Positions 38,250 through 49,900 of a stretch of DNA of 64,000 bases are shown in pieces (the first letter of the stretch is position 1; the number at the start of each line of letters is the position of its first letter). The stretch lies in the NCBI GenBank assembly GCA_963761305.1, contig CAVXGK010000002.1:288001-352000 (forward strand), given 5' to 3'. The notes below the pieces were generated by a model. It was not told where the DNA came from. It made no database searches and saw nothing but the letters and a program-made list of their open reading frames with translations. This stretch comes from an uncultured Gemmatimonadaceae bacterium (GTDB lineage: Bacteria > Gemmatimonadota > Gemmatimonadetes > Gemmatimonadales > Gemmatimonadaceae). A program made the position numbers and the translations under genes.

Positions 38250-40870
38250 GAGCAGGATCATCGCTGCGCGCGCGTTTCGCGCTGGCCATCGTCGGTGTAT
38301 CGGCGGCGGTCGTCGTCTCGTTCGGTGCCGTCGTCTACGAACAATTGGCCGGATCGGCGACTCGGGCGGCGAACGCGCACCTCGAGCAGGCCGTGCACGA
38401 GGTCGCGGGCATGCTTGGCGCGTCCGCCAAGTCGCTGCATATGGCGATGGCGATGGTCGCCGCGGACACCGAAGTCGCCGAGTACCTTCACGCGCCGAAT
38501 CCACGCGGAGCGGAGGCGGCGCGGCAGGCGCTGCGGCGAATTGCCCCGACGCCGGGCACCGCGGGCGTCGAGCTTTGGACGGCTGACGGCACGCGAACCG
38601 CCGCGTCGACCTCGAGCTGGCCGCCCATGTCCGTCGACCAGCGCACGGCGATCATCGCTCTGGTCCGCGGGAGCGAATCGACGGCCGTCACGCCGATGGC
38701 CGTCGTGGACACGACGCTCGTGTACGCCGCCATCGCGCGAGTCGGGGATGGTGCGTCGCCACTCGGCTACGTCGTGCGGCGCGATCGCGTGATGGGTCCG
38801 GGCGCCGGCACGCCGGGATTGCGCGCGATCCTCGGCTCCGACGCATCCATCCTCGTCGGGAACTCGAACGGTGACGTTTGGACGGACTTCATGCGCCGCG
38901 TGGAGACGCCGCGGTTCGCGCGTCGCGCGTCGGGCGAGGTCGTCGTCGATACCGACGTGCCGCGGCTGGGCCGCGTCTTCGCTGCGATGAGTCCAATCGC
39001 CAATACGCCGTGGAGCCTCGTCATCGAGTTTCCGCGCGCGAGCGTGTTGCGCGACGTCCAGGACAGCATGTTCGTCATCGCTGCATTCGGCCTCGTCGCG
39101 GTGCTGCTGGCGGCGGCGCTCGCGTGGCGGCTGAGCGGGACGTTCACGCGGCCCCTCGCCGAACTGGCGAGCGCCGCGGAGGGAATCAGCGGCGGCGATT
39201 ACGATCGCCAGCTTCCGATTCGTCATGACAACGAGATCGGCGCCGTGGCCGGCGCGTTCAATCGGATGTCGTCGAGCCTGCACGTCGGCCGCAGCGCGCT
39301 CGAAGCCAAGGTCGCCGAGGCCGCGTCGTCGGCGCTGCGGCTGGAGCGGGTGATTACTTCCAGCGGCGCCGTACTGTACGAACTTGGACCGCGTGAAGGC
39401 GTCCAGACGTTCACTTGGGTCAGCGACAATGTGTTCGACGTGTTGGGCTATTGCGTCGCCGACGCGCTCGCACCGGGGTGGTGGTCCGAGAACGTGTGCG
39501 CCGACGACTTCGCCCACGCGGCGATAGCGCCGGACGCCGGCGGGGTCAGAGGCTCGGATGGCGTGCGCGAGTATCGCTTTCGGCACAAGGACGGCCGGTA
39601 TCGCTGGATCCGCGACGACCAGCGCGTTCTTCCGGACGGCGGCGAAAACGCCGGAGACGCCACGCACATCGTCGGCACTTGGCTGGACATCACCGAGCAA
39701 CGGCAACTCGAGGAGCAACTCCGCCACGCGCAGAAGATGGAAGCGATCGGCACGCTGGCCGGCGGTGTGGCGCACGATTTCAACAACATTCTCACCGTCG
39801 TCACGTCGTACGCCGAACTGCTGTCGCGCACGGAGGGCGACGTCGAGCGACGCTCCGACCTCGACGAGATCGCCGCGGCCGCGCGGCGCGCGACGCTTCT
39901 CACCCGCCAGCTGCTCACGTTCAGCCGCAAGACGATCGCCGAACCGCAATCGATCAGCGTGAGCTACATCGTGGCGCGCCTGGGCGGCATGCTGCGGCGC
40001 CTGCTCAAGGAGAACATCAAGCTCGTGCCGCGGCTGGCCGACGACGTCGCGCCGATCCTCGGCGACGTGAACCAGCTGGAGCAGGTCGTGATGAACCTCG
40101 TCATCAACGCGGCCGACGCGATGCCCGACGGCGGCACGTTGGTGATCGAGACGCAGAACATCGAGCTCGATGCGGCGTACGGGAGCACGCACGGCAGCGT
40201 GACACCGGGTCAGTACGTGATGCTCGCCGTGACCGACACCGGCACGGGCATCGATCCGAGCATCATCGACAAGATTTACGAACCGTTCTTCACGACGAAG
40301 CCGCCCGGGCACGGCACGGGACTCGGACTCGCCAGCACCTACACGATCGTGAAGGAAGCGGGCGGGCACATCTGGGCGTACAGCGAGCCGGGCCACGGCA
40401 CGACGTTCAAGATCTACTTCCCGTGGGAGCGCCGCTCGCAGTCGTCGCCCGCCCCGGCGTTGTCACCGGCCGAGCTGCGCATGACGGGAACCGCGCTCCT
40501 CGTCGAAGACGACCCGCGCGTCCGCCGTGCCGTACGCCGCATGCTCGAGCGCATCGGCTTCGAGGTGATCGAAGCGTCCGATGGTGAGGCGGGTCTCGGC
40601 ATTGCCGCCGGCCACGATGGTCCGATCGACGTCGTCGTCACCGATCTCATGATGCCGCGCCTCGGCGGCGGCGCGTTCGCCAAGCGCCTCGCGCTGTCGC
40701 GGCCCAACGTGCCGGTGGTGTTCACGTCGGGCTACACCGACGACGCGGCGTTCCGGCGCGGATTGCTGGAGTCCGAGTACACGTTCGTGCAGAAGCCGTT
40801 CACGCGCGAGCACCTCGAAGCGGCGATCGCGCGGGTGACGAGAGCGGTGAGGAAGCCAGTCGAGGTGTAA
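38246..40870 (+). CDS. Hybrid sensor histidine kinase (periplasmic sensor, HAMP, PAS, HisKA/HATPase, receiver)
   Basis: Two TMs, HAMP, PAS-like [45 protein letters not shown] overlap with the paaZ stop. Confidence 0.92.
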   Translation: MRAGSSLRARFALAIVGVSAAVVVSFGAVVYEQLAGSATRAANAHLEQAVHEVAGMLGASAKSLHMAMAMVAADTEVAEYLHAPNPRGAEAARQALRRIAPTPGTAGVELWTADGTRTAASTSSWPPMSVDQRTAIIALVRGSESTAVTPMAVVDTTLVYAAIARVGDGASPLGYVVRRDRVMGPGAGTPGLRAILGSDASILVGNSNGDVWTDFMRRVETPRFARRASGEVVVDTDVPRLGRVFAAMSPIANTPWSLVIEFPRASVLRDVQDSMFVIAAFGLVAVLLAAALAWRLSGTFTRPLAELASAAEGISGGDYDRQLPIRHDNEIGAVAGAFNRMSSSLHVGRSALEAKVAEAASSALRLERVITSSGAVLYELGPREGVQTFTWVSDNVFDVLGYCVADALAPGWWSENVCADDFAHAAIAPDAGGVRGSDGVREYRFRHKDGRYRWIRDDQRVLPDGGENAGDATHIVGTWLDITEQRQLEEQLRHAQKMEAIGTLAGGVAHDFNNILTVVTSYAELLSRTEGDVERRSDLDEIAAAARRATLLTRQLLTFSRKTIAEPQSISVSYIVARLGGMLRRLLKENIKLVPRLADDVAPILGDVNQLEQVVMNLVINAADAMPDGGTLVIETQNIELDAAYGSTHGSVTPGQYVMLAVTDTGTGIDPSIIDKIYEPFFTTKPPGHGTGLGLASTYTIVKEAGGHIWAYSEPGHGTTFKIYFPWERRSQSSPAPALSPAELRMTGTALLVEDDPRVRRAVRRMLERIGFEVIEASDGEAGLGIAAGHDGPIDVVVTDLMMPRLGGGAFAKRLALSRPNVPVVFTSGYTDDAAFRRGLLESEYTFVQKPFTREHLEAAIARVTRAVRKPVEV

Positions 40871-40873
40871 AAA

Positions 40874-40955
40874 GGGTGGACGCGTGGACGGTCTACGACC
40901 GAACGGTTTCGCCGTGTTCGCCGTTCTCGGAGTTCGTCACCCTCGTCGTTCGGTT
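40874..40955. repeat. Degenerate short repeats between convergent genes (GGGTGGAC/GCGTGGAC; TTCGCCGT units)
   Basis: GGGTGGACGCGTGGAC matches the octamer at 30110; TTCGCCGTG/TTCGCCGTT tandem follows. Confidence 0.5.
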
Positions 40956-40956
40956 T

Positions 40957-42627
40957 TCACGGCACTGCTTTCGTCGTATCTCTCAGCGTCGGGTACTTGA
41001 TCCCGAGCTGATCGAGGTACGTCTTGTACTTCGTCGGATCGTAGTAGTACTTCCGCATCTCGGCGCGGTACTTGTCCATGATCGCCTTGTTGAGCCACGT
41101 CGCGGGCTGATCTTCTGCGCGCATCAGCGGGAAGTACTTGATGTCCTTCGTCTGCACGTTGCGGAAATAGTCCCACGCTTGCGTGATGACGGTCGGCTTG
41201 GTCATGAGATCGAGCACCGTCATTGCCTGCACCTTGGCCCCGGCGACCACGCCCTTGTGCGCGATCGGCGTCGCCATCGCGATGGCGTTCCACCAGCTGT
41301 GCCCCGGCAGCCCCGGAATGTTCGACGGATAGCGCAGCGTCACGGTGGGCACGTTCCACGACACGTCGCCGATGTCGTCGCTGCCGCCGCCGCGCAGATC
41401 TTCCTGGCGCGGCGGAGCAGGGAGCTCGGTCATCGGGCGGTCCGAGAGTCCGCGCGGATTCTTCTGGCCGTATTCGCGCTGCACGCCCTTGGCCATCGTC
41501 TGGTCGGCGTCACTCCACGTCGGCATGCCCACCTGCTTGATGTTCTGGAACATGTCCTCGGCGATGACCTTGTTGAAATGCCCGGACCATCCCGAGCCGA
41601 GGATGTTCACCGACGCGAGCTTCGTGCTCGTCATCATCGCCGCCGCGGTGGCCATCGTGTCGCCGAGGGCGAAGAGGCCCTTCACGAGCGGCGAGTCGGT
41701 CTCGCGGAAGAAGTACCACACCGACGCCGTCGGCGGCACGACGTTCGGCTGGTCCCCGCCGTCGGTGATCACGTAGTGCGATCGCTGCGTGAGCGGGAGA
41801 TGCTCGCGCCGGAAGTTCCAACCCACGTCCATCAGCTCGACCGCGTCGAGCGCGCTGCGGCCCGCCCACGGCGCGGCCGCGGCGTGCGCCGCCTGGCCGA
41901 CGAAGTTGAACCGCGCGCTGATCAGAGCATTCTGTCCCGAATTACCATATGAAACGCCGAGGTCGGAGCTGACGTGGGCGAAGAGGACGATGTCGACGTC
42001 CTTGAACATGCCGGCGCGCACGAAGTACGCCTTGGCCGCCATCTGCTCCTCGGCGATGCCGGGCCACAGGTGGATCGTGCCCGTCATGTGCTCGCGTTCC
42101 ATGATCTTCTTCACGGCGATCGCCGCCGTGATGTTCATCGGCACGCCGGAGTTGTGTCCTTCACCGTGCCCCGGCGCGCCGGCGACGAGCGGATCCTTGT
42201 AGCCGACACCCGGCTTCTGGTTCGCCTGCGGAATGTCGTCGACGTCGGACCCGAGCGAGATGACCGGCTTGCCCGAGCCCCACGTCGCGTACCAGGCCGT
42301 CGGAATGCCGGCGAAGCCCCGCGTGACCTTGAAGCCGTTCTTCTCGAGAACGCTGGTCAGGTACTTGGACGTCTCCTCTTCCTGCATCCCGAGCTCACCG
42401 AAGCTGAACACTTCGTCGACCATCTGCTGCGACAGCGTGGAGAGGCTGTCGACGAGGCGCATCGCCTCCTTCTTGAGCGCCGCCAGCTTGGCGTCGTCGG
42501 TCGGGAGATCGACCGGGAAGGTCACCTCGGGTCGAGTGTCGGCGCCGCCGCGGCCACCGCGGCCTTGAGCGGACAATGGAGTCGCGACCGCCAATACAAG
42601 GGCCGGAACCAGGAAGCGCGAGGGCAT
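40957..42627 (-). CDS. Exported M20 amidohydrolase (AbgB-like)
   Basis: Signal peptide; GHGEGHN, AEE, AHAAAAPWAGRSALDAVELM, GGSDDIGDVSW. Confidence 0.88.
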   Translation of the reverse strand: MPSRFLVPALVLAVATPLSAQGRGGRGGADTRPEVTFPVDLPTDDAKLAALKKEAMRLVDSLSTLSQQMVDEVFSFGELGMQEEETSKYLTSVLEKNGFKVTRGFAGIPTAWYATWGSGKPVISLGSDVDDIPQANQKPGVGYKDPLVAGAPGHGEGHNSGVPMNITAAIAVKKIMEREHMTGTIHLWPGIAEEQMAAKAYFVRAGMFKDVDIVLFAHVSSDLGVSYGNSGQNALISARFNFVGQAAHAAAAPWAGRSALDAVELMDVGWNFRREHLPLTQRSHYVITDGGDQPNVVPPTASVWYFFRETDSPLVKGLFALGDTMATAAAMMTSTKLASVNILGSGWSGHFNKVIAEDMFQNIKQVGMPTWSDADQTMAKGVQREYGQKNPRGLSDRPMTELPAPPRQEDLRGGGSDDIGDVSWNVPTVTLRYPSNIPGLPGHSWWNAIAMATPIAHKGVVAGAKVQAMTVLDLMTKPTVITQAWDYFRNVQTKDIKYFPLMRAEDQPATWLNKAIMDKYRAEMRKYYYDPTKYKTYLDQLGIKYPTLRDTTKAVP

Positions 42628-43614
42628 GAGAGAAGGCAGGCGAAGGGAATCAGACAGAAACGGACGAGCGTCAATTCTTCACGCCGCGACGAGGCCGCGC
42701 AACCATGGTTCGACAGGCGACTTCGTCCTGCGACCGCTGCATCCCCGCGCTCCTCGGCTCCATGGTCCTGGGCACAGGGTCGATTGCGGCGACCGGAAGG
42801 CTGATCGAATCGCATGACGGCGGCTTGAGACTGGGGTGCCGGCGATTGTTGCGGCACGTGCGCGCATTCGACGCGGGTCCGCCGCCCTTACGCCTCCTGG
42901 GCGGCGGGAACGGTACGCACTCGCTCGGCTATCACCCGAAGACGCTGCGGATCTCGCGCGGCCGTTCTGACTTTCTTACGTCAAACGGCGACTTGGCAGC
43001 GGGCCGCTCGAGTTTTCTGCTCGTGGGCTCCTTTTAATGCCCGGCGAACGTGCTCTTCGCGCGGCGGTCGAGCCTCTTCGGATGGACGGAGCCCACGATC
43101 CATCCGACGAAAGGCCCTCATTGACAGACCGCCGCCCACAGCGACTCGGGCGGCGTCCACTTGAGTGAAGCGATCTCCGTTCTTCAGCGACGGTCCTCTC
43201 GCGACACAGGCCGCGCGTTGCGTCTCACGTTCCCGCGTCGACTCGATACCGCGCCGAGCCTTCGTGCGTACGAGGAGCGCACCGTGTTCCGTGCCTCACG
43301 GACAAATCGTCACGCCGAAGGGGCTGCGCGCCACGGTATGGCACCGCGCTGTCAGGTCCGGCGAACGCCGGGCCCCGCCCGGACCTTCCGAGGCCACGCT
43401 GCGCGCTGCATCTTCACGGACCGCCAACGCCGCCCACCTTCAGTCAGCGCATTCCCACGCAGACGACGACCGGCGCAACGCGCGGGGGAGAGGGCCATCG
43501 CCGTCGCGCGACGCGATGCACGAGCTGAGTCGAATCGAACACGGCGACACGGAGCCGGCGCACGGGGCACCGACGCACGAACACGACACAGTCCGCACCA
43601 CCACGCACCGACTC

Positions 43615-44343
43615 ATGACTGAACGCCAACTTCGAGAGCTCGCCTCCGTCACCAGAACCCGGGTGTTTCTGACTCGTCGCCCGCGATTGTCTTCCGAGCT
43701 CGCGCTGATCGCGAAAACGCTGGTCCAGCTCGAGAAGCGCATCGCCGCCTTGATGGTGACCGAGCAAATGCGCTACGCGCCGGATTCCGTCGCGACCGTT
43801 GGCCGTCAGGCGAACCTTCTGCGCGAGAGGCACATGATCCCCCTGGCCCGCCGAGGGAGGTTGCTGTTTCGCGGCGAACCGCGGCTCGAACGGGCGCTCC
43901 GGGTTCCGCACAAGCGCGCGCCGGTCGGCGATGTCCTCACTGCCGCGCGGCAAATGATCACCGCCATCGCGCCGCACAAGCGCCTGTTTGTCGCTGCCGG
44001 CGCGTCGAACGCGTTCCTGGCCGACTTCCGCTCCGCTGTCACGCGTCTCGCCACGAGTGTCAAAGCCGAGGCGCGATTCAAATCGGTCGTTCCGGGCGCC
44101 CGCGCCGAGTTGAGACGCCTGCTCGCCCTCGCCCGCGCCGAAGTCCGGGTCGCAACCAGTCTCGTTCCCGTCTGGATTGAAACCCTCGACATCAGGGAGC
44201 AAGCCGGTCTGGCGGCCGCGTGGCGCGCTGCCCACCGGATCAACGCGCGGCTCGGCCGACCGAGCGCCCGCCGTGTCGAGCACCGCAAGAAACGCGAATT
44301 GCGCTTGCCTGTCTCCGGTTCAGCCGCGCCGCTCGAACCGTAG
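43615..44343 (+). CDS. Hypothetical basic all-alpha protein
   Basis: Helical, protein-like sequence from ATG 43615. The upstream part of ORF 43165 looks non-coding. Overlaps the thrC 3' end by 24 bp. Confidence 0.55.
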   Translation: MTERQLRELASVTRTRVFLTRRPRLSSELALIAKTLVQLEKRIAALMVTEQMRYAPDSVATVGRQANLLRERHMIPLARRGRLLFRGEPRLERALRVPHKRAPVGDVLTAARQMITAIAPHKRLFVAAGASNAFLADFRSAVTRLATSVKAEARFKSVVPGARAELRRLLALARAEVRVATSLVPVWIETLDIREQAGLAAAWRAAHRINARLGRPSARRVEHRKKRELRLPVSGSAAPLEP

Positions 44344-45618
44344 AACGCGCGCTACCTCGGACACCCGCGCCTCGATCTCGATCGGCGGATTGGCCAGGGG
44401 CCGGCGCGGATCGGTCGCGCGGTGATAGTCCGTCACGGCGTCCGGATCCTTGAGCACGTGGCCCGTGAGCACGGCGCACACGCGGTCCGACGCGGTGATC
44501 ACGCCCGATTTTCGCAGCTTCGCCACGCCGGCGACGCTCGCGGCGCTGGCGGGTTCGCAGCCGATGCCGGCGGCGTCGATCACCGCCTTCGCCTCGAGAA
44601 TGTCCGCGTCGGTCACTGACGTCACGACGCCGTTCGTCTCGCGGATCGCCCGCACGGCGCGATTCCACGACGCCGGAGCGCCGATGCGAATCGCCGTCGC
44701 CACCGTCTCCGGTTCGACCGTGACGCGCTCGACGAACTCACGCGCGAAGCTCCGTGCGAACGGTGCCGCGCCGTCCGCCTGCACGGCGCACAGCCGCGGC
44801 ACGCGGTCGATCAGCCCGACCTCGCGTGCTTCGCGTAACGCTTTCCCGAACGCCGACGTGTTGCCGAGGTTACCGGCCGGCAACGCGATCCAATCGGGCG
44901 CGTTCCAGCCCAGTTGCTCGAGCAGCTCGAAGACGATCGTCTTCTGTCCCTCGATCCGAAACGGATTCACCGAATTGAGAAGTTGAATGCCCAGCTCCGC
45001 GCTCGCCGTTCGCGCGAGCGTGAGGCAGGCGTCGAAGCTCCCGCGCACGAAGAGCGTGCGTGCGCCGTAGGCGATCGTCTGGGCGAGTTTTCCGGACGCC
45101 ACTTTGCCCGTGGGCACGAAAACGAGCGCCGGCAACTCGGCGCGTGCCGCGTACGCGGCGAGTGACGCCGACGTGTTGCCGGTCGACGCACACGCCACGG
45201 CGCGCGCGCCGGTTCGTCGGGCTTGCGTGATCGCGACCGTCATGCCGCGATCCTTGAACGAACCGGTGGGATTGTGTCCCTCGTGCTTGATGAGCAGATG
45301 GTCCGCGCGATCGAAGCCGGCCCATGTCGCGACGGCACCACTCTCGAGCAGCGGCGTGTTTCCTTCGGGATGGGTCACGACGTCGCTCGGACTCGCCGAC
45401 GGCAGCACCAGCTCGCGGTAGCGCCACACGCCCGACGCGTCGCGGCCGCGCACGGCGCGCCGCCGGTCGGCGAACAGCGTACGAAGCTCCGTGGCGAAGC
45501 TCGGCGGCGAATGGTGCAGCTCGAGCAAGCCACCGCACGAAGGACACGCGCCGATCGGATCCAGCTCGCCGATCGTGGCGCCGCATGTTTCGCAAACTTG
45601 AACGCTCGGGAACGTCAC
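44320..45618 (-). CDS. thrC: Threonine synthase
   Basis: EGNTPL, KHEGHNPTGSFKDRG (PLP lysine), CASTGNTSAS, EGQKT, LTGHVLKD. Confidence 0.94.
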   Translation of the reverse strand: MTFPSVQVCETCGATIGELDPIGACPSCGGLLELHHSPPSFATELRTLFADRRRAVRGRDASGVWRYRELVLPSASPSDVVTHPEGNTPLLESGAVATWAGFDRADHLLIKHEGHNPTGSFKDRGMTVAITQARRTGARAVACASTGNTSASLAAYAARAELPALVFVPTGKVASGKLAQTIAYGARTLFVRGSFDACLTLARTASAELGIQLLNSVNPFRIEGQKTIVFELLEQLGWNAPDWIALPAGNLGNTSAFGKALREAREVGLIDRVPRLCAVQADGAAPFARSFAREFVERVTVEPETVATAIRIGAPASWNRAVRAIRETNGVVTSVTDADILEAKAVIDAAGIGCEPASAASVAGVAKLRKSGVITASDRVCAVLTGHVLKDPDAVTDYHRATDPRRPLANPPIEIEARVSEVARVLRFERRG

Positions 45619-46547
45619 GCCGGCTCCACGATGTGGGCGCCGCGTTCGTCCACCGACGCAACGCGGCCCTCGGCCTCGACGCCGTTCGCGCCGAACGCGG
45701 CGAGCATGGCCCGGAGCGCGGTCTGGGCGGTCGCCTCGCCGTCGGTGAGCGCGAAGATCGACGGCCCCGCGCCGGAGATCGAGCAGCCGAGTGCGCCCGC
45801 GTCGAGCGCGGCTTGCTTGACGGCGTGAAATCCGGGAATCAGCGCCGCGCGAACGGGCTCGGCGATTCGATCGTCGACGGCGCCGCGCAGAATCGCGGGA
45901 TCATCCATGCAGAGTGCGGCGACCATCGTGGCGACGGCGGCTGCCTGCGCGAGCGCCGTCGCGCGATCGACGCTGTCGGGGAGAAGCTGCCGCGCACGTT
46001 GTGTGGCGAGCGCGAGATTCGGTCGCGCGATCGCGAAGCGCAGCCACGCCGGCACCGGTACGCGAACGAACTCGAGCGGATCGACGTGGCGAATCAGCAG
46101 AATCCCGCCGAGCAGACTCGGCGCGATGTTGTCGACATGACGACCGGCGACGTGCTCTTCAGCGGCGAGTGCGGCGCGCACGAGCGCGCGATCATCGAGC
46201 GGACGGCCGAGCAGCGCGTTCGTCGCGAGCGCACCGGCGACGGCTGAAGCGGCGCTGCCGCCTTGCCCTCCGGCGAGCGGCAATCCTTTCTCGACCCGCA
46301 GGGTCACCCCGATCGACGTTCGTCCGGCAAGCCGCAACACCTCTTGCGCGGCGAGTCCACTCGCGTGGCGCGCCGCGTCGCGCGGGAGCTCGGGATGACC
46401 GGGCTCTTCGATTGACACGCCCGGCGGTCCGTCGAGACGCGCTTCGACCGAGTCACCGGGTCCAGTAAGCGCGCAGCCGAGGATATCGAGGCCGGGACCG
46501 ATGTTACCGATGCCGCCGGGGGCGAACGCGCGCGATCTGACCTGCAT
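45615..46547 (-). CDS. thrB: Homoserine kinase
   Basis: GNIGPGLDILG, KGLPLAGGQGGSAAS (GHMP), HVDNIAPSL, ISGAGPS. Confidence 0.92.
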   Translation of the reverse strand: MQVRSRAFAPGGIGNIGPGLDILGCALTGPGDSVEARLDGPPGVSIEEPGHPELPRDAARHASGLAAQEVLRLAGRTSIGVTLRVEKGLPLAGGQGGSAASAVAGALATNALLGRPLDDRALVRAALAAEEHVAGRHVDNIAPSLLGGILLIRHVDPLEFVRVPVPAWLRFAIARPNLALATQRARQLLPDSVDRATALAQAAAVATMVAALCMDDPAILRGAVDDRIAEPVRAALIPGFHAVKQAALDAGALGCSISGAGPSIFALTDGEATAQTALRAMLAAFGANGVEAEGRVASVDERGAHIVEPA

Positions 46548-46747
46548 CTGAGCACCGACGAAAGAGGATTTCATCGAGGATCGGTTGGATCAGCGGTCAA
46601 AATCGACGTCGGAATCAGTGGGAGCAAGCGGATTCGGTGGAATACTGAACCTGTATACCATTTGGCCGCCCGTTGGGAAGATGCGGTGCGGGACGAGGCG
46701 ACGCGATTGGATAAAGTTTGCACTTCGTTAACTCGCTTACTTCTCTC

Positions 46748-46775
46748 TTGACAACGGTTTCCAGATGGTGATACT
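46748..46775 (+). promoter_or_regulatory. Candidate sigma70 promoter for the susC-like operon (TTGACA-N16-GATACT)
   Basis: Perfect -35 within the AT-rich divergent intergenic region. Confidence 0.4.
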
Positions 46776-46915
46776 CCGCCGCTCGATGTGACGGAACGGC
46801 TCGGACCTGAGTTGAACCCCCGTACACGTGTAAACGTGAACGGGCTCACCGTACGGGCCTTCACGTCTTCTGACGGTAGCACACCCACCTCACCCACCTC
46901 GTCGGAGGCGTCTCA

Positions 46916-49900
46916 GTGCGACGCGCAACACTCGCATCGCTCGTGGCAAGTCTCGCAATCGTGCCGGCCCTCGCGGCCGCGCAGACGCGCGAGATCACGG
47001 GCAAAGTAACGCAGACCGGGGTCGGAACACCGATCACCGAAGCCACCATCGGAATTCTCGGTGCGCAGCAAGGTGTCCGAACCAACGAGCGCGGTGAATA
47101 CCGCATTCGAGTTCCTTCGGGCGACATTCAAATTCTCGTTCGCGCAATCGGATTCAAGCGACAGACTCGTTTGATTCCGTCCGCCACGAGCACCGCCGAC
47201 TTCGATCTCGAGAAGGACGTCCTGCAGCTCGAGGGCGTGACGGTCACCGGTCAAGCGACCACTGTGGATCGCCGCAACGCGTCGACCGCGATCGCGTCGG
47301 TCTCCGCCGACGAGCTCGTCGTCGCGCCGGCCAAGTCGCTCGAGGGCAATCTCGCCGGCAAGGTCGTGGGCGCGTCCATCTTCGAGAACTCCGGCGTGCC
47401 GGGCGGCGGCATGCAGATTCAAATCCGCGGCGCCACGTCGATTCTCGGCGCGGGCGATCCGCTCTACGTCGTCGACGGCGTGATCGTGTCGAACGCGTCG
47501 CTCGCCGGCGGCCTTTCGTCGATCTCGCGCTCGAGCGGTTCGACGACGTCGACGCAAGACCAGACGGTCAACCGCCTCGCCGACATCAACCCGAACGACA
47601 TCGAGAACATCGAAGTTCTCAAGTCGGCGGCGGCGTCGGCCATCTACGGCTCGCGCGCCACGAACGGGGTCGTCGTCATCACGACGAAGAAGGGACGCGC
47701 CGGCACCACGCGCTACAACGTGACCCAGCGCATGGGCTCCGAGCAGGCGACCCGCCTCCTCGGCTCGCGACATTTCAACAGCTACGCCGACGTAATCTCG
47801 ACGGGCGATGCGACGTCTCCCCACGCCGACTCGATCGCCAAGGCGAACTGCACGCCGGCCTGCCCGTGGTACGATTGGCAAGGCCAACTCTACAACGCGC
47901 ACACGCCGTCCTTCGAGACGCTCATGTCGTCGTCGGGCGGGTTCAACAACACGAAGTTCTTCGCCTCGGTCAACGACCGTCAGACGCCGGGCGTCGAGCA
48001 GAATACGGGTGCCCGCCTGACCTCCGGCCGATTGAACCTCGATCAGACGATCGGCGAGAAAGTCACCGTCAGCGGCGGCGTCGACGTGTCGCACGACTTC
48101 ACGCACGACGGCATCGGCAACAACGACAACGCCGGCATCAGCCCGATCTACACCTTCGGCTACGCGCCGGCGATCTACAATCTGAACGCCATCGATCCGG
48201 TGACCGGCCGGCCGATCTCGATGTGGATGAACGGCGGCGGCAACGGCACGTCCAATCCGTTCGACGTCGTTCACAACATTCTCAACGCCGAAGACACGTG
48301 GCGCCAGATCGGCAACGTTCGTGTGGATTACGCGGCGTTTTCGTCGGTACACAACACGGTCGAACTCCACTACCTCGGCGGCGTGGACCGGTTCCAATTC
48401 ACGGGCAACCAGTACTCGCCGAACTACCTCCAGTTCGAGGGGGCCGACGGATTCCTCGGCACGTCGCAGATCAATACGAGCGAGAGCGTCGGCGTCAACC
48501 AGAGCGTGAATGGCGTCTGGACGTTCAGCCCGAACCTCAAGTATTTCAACTCGGCGCAGACGTCGGTGGGTCTCGCCTACGGCACGTCGCACCTCCGTCA
48601 GTATCTCGTTCGCATGGAAGGCCTCACGCCCACGCGTCAGGTGGCGACGAACGGCGCCGCCATCGCGACGAGCGATCAGGTCACGGATTTCCGCGACCAG
48701 GGCCACTACATCAACGAGCAGGTCATCGCGCTCGACGAGAAGCTCGCCCTCTCGGCCGGCGTCCGCGACGACCGCGGCAGCGCCAACGGCGATCGCAGCA
48801 AGTACTACCCGTTCCCGAAGTACTCGGCGAGCTATCGCTTCACCGAGCCGCTCAGCTTCGTTACGAACAAGATCGACGAGATCAAGTTCCGCGCGTCATA
48901 TGGCCAGTCGGGCAACCGCCCGAACTACGGCGTCCGCGACATCACGATCGCCAGCGGCGGCGTGATCGGTGGCGCCAGCACGCTGGTCGCGTCGGGCACG
49001 GTCGGCAATCCCGCGATCAAGCCCGAAGTCATGAACGAGGCCGAATTCGGCGTCGACGGCGCATTGTTCCACGGCCGTGTGTCGTTCGAGGCGAGCCGCT
49101 ACAACCGCATCATCAAGGACCTCCTCGTCACCTTCCCGCTCGCCCCGAGTTCCGGCTTGGGTACCGAGACAGTGAACGGTGGAACGATGTCGTCCCGCGG
49201 CTTCGAGGCGGGTCTGAGCATTGTGCCGATCAGCACCCGCGACATGGAGTGGACGTTCCGCACGACGTACCAGCACAACGTCGAGTACATCGACAAGTTG
49301 ACCGTTCCGCCGTTCGCGGCGCCGGGCGGCTCCTTCGGTGTGAGCTACGGCCGCAACCGTATCGTGCAGGGCATGCGCCCGACGCTCATCTGGGGCAACG
49401 TGCCGTTCACGTGCGTGAACTCGACGGACGCCAGCGGCCACCTCGTGGTCAATAAGGGCTCCGACGGTCTGGCGTGCCACCGCGAGTACCCCGGCCAGAC
49501 GTTGATCGCCGGCTCGGTGACGCGCGACTCGGTCATCGCCGACGCCGCACCGCTCGGTCAGACGTCGTTCCTCAACACGTTCCGGTGGAAGGCGCTCACA
49601 CTGACCGCGCTGTTCGATTGGCGCGTGGCGGGCTACACGTCCGACATGACGAAGAACCTGTTCGACGAAGGCGGCAACTCGCGTGATTTTCAAAACGCAG
49701 CGCCGGCGGGGACCACCGTGGGGGCCTGCTCGACCACGAGCAACTCCTCCGGACAGTGCCTCGGTGCCTTCCGCTACAACACGTGGAACGCCGGCGACAT
49801 CGCGACCTATATCGATCCGGGCACGTTCGTGAAGCTGCGCGAGCTCAACCTCTCCGTCCAGGCGCCGAAGCACTGGGCGACCCTGGCGCGCGCGAACGAC

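Noticed and set aside
46823..46832. Palindrome TACACGTGTA upstream of the first susC-like gene
   Set aside because: Single 10-bp palindrome with no second copy or regulator; insufficient support.
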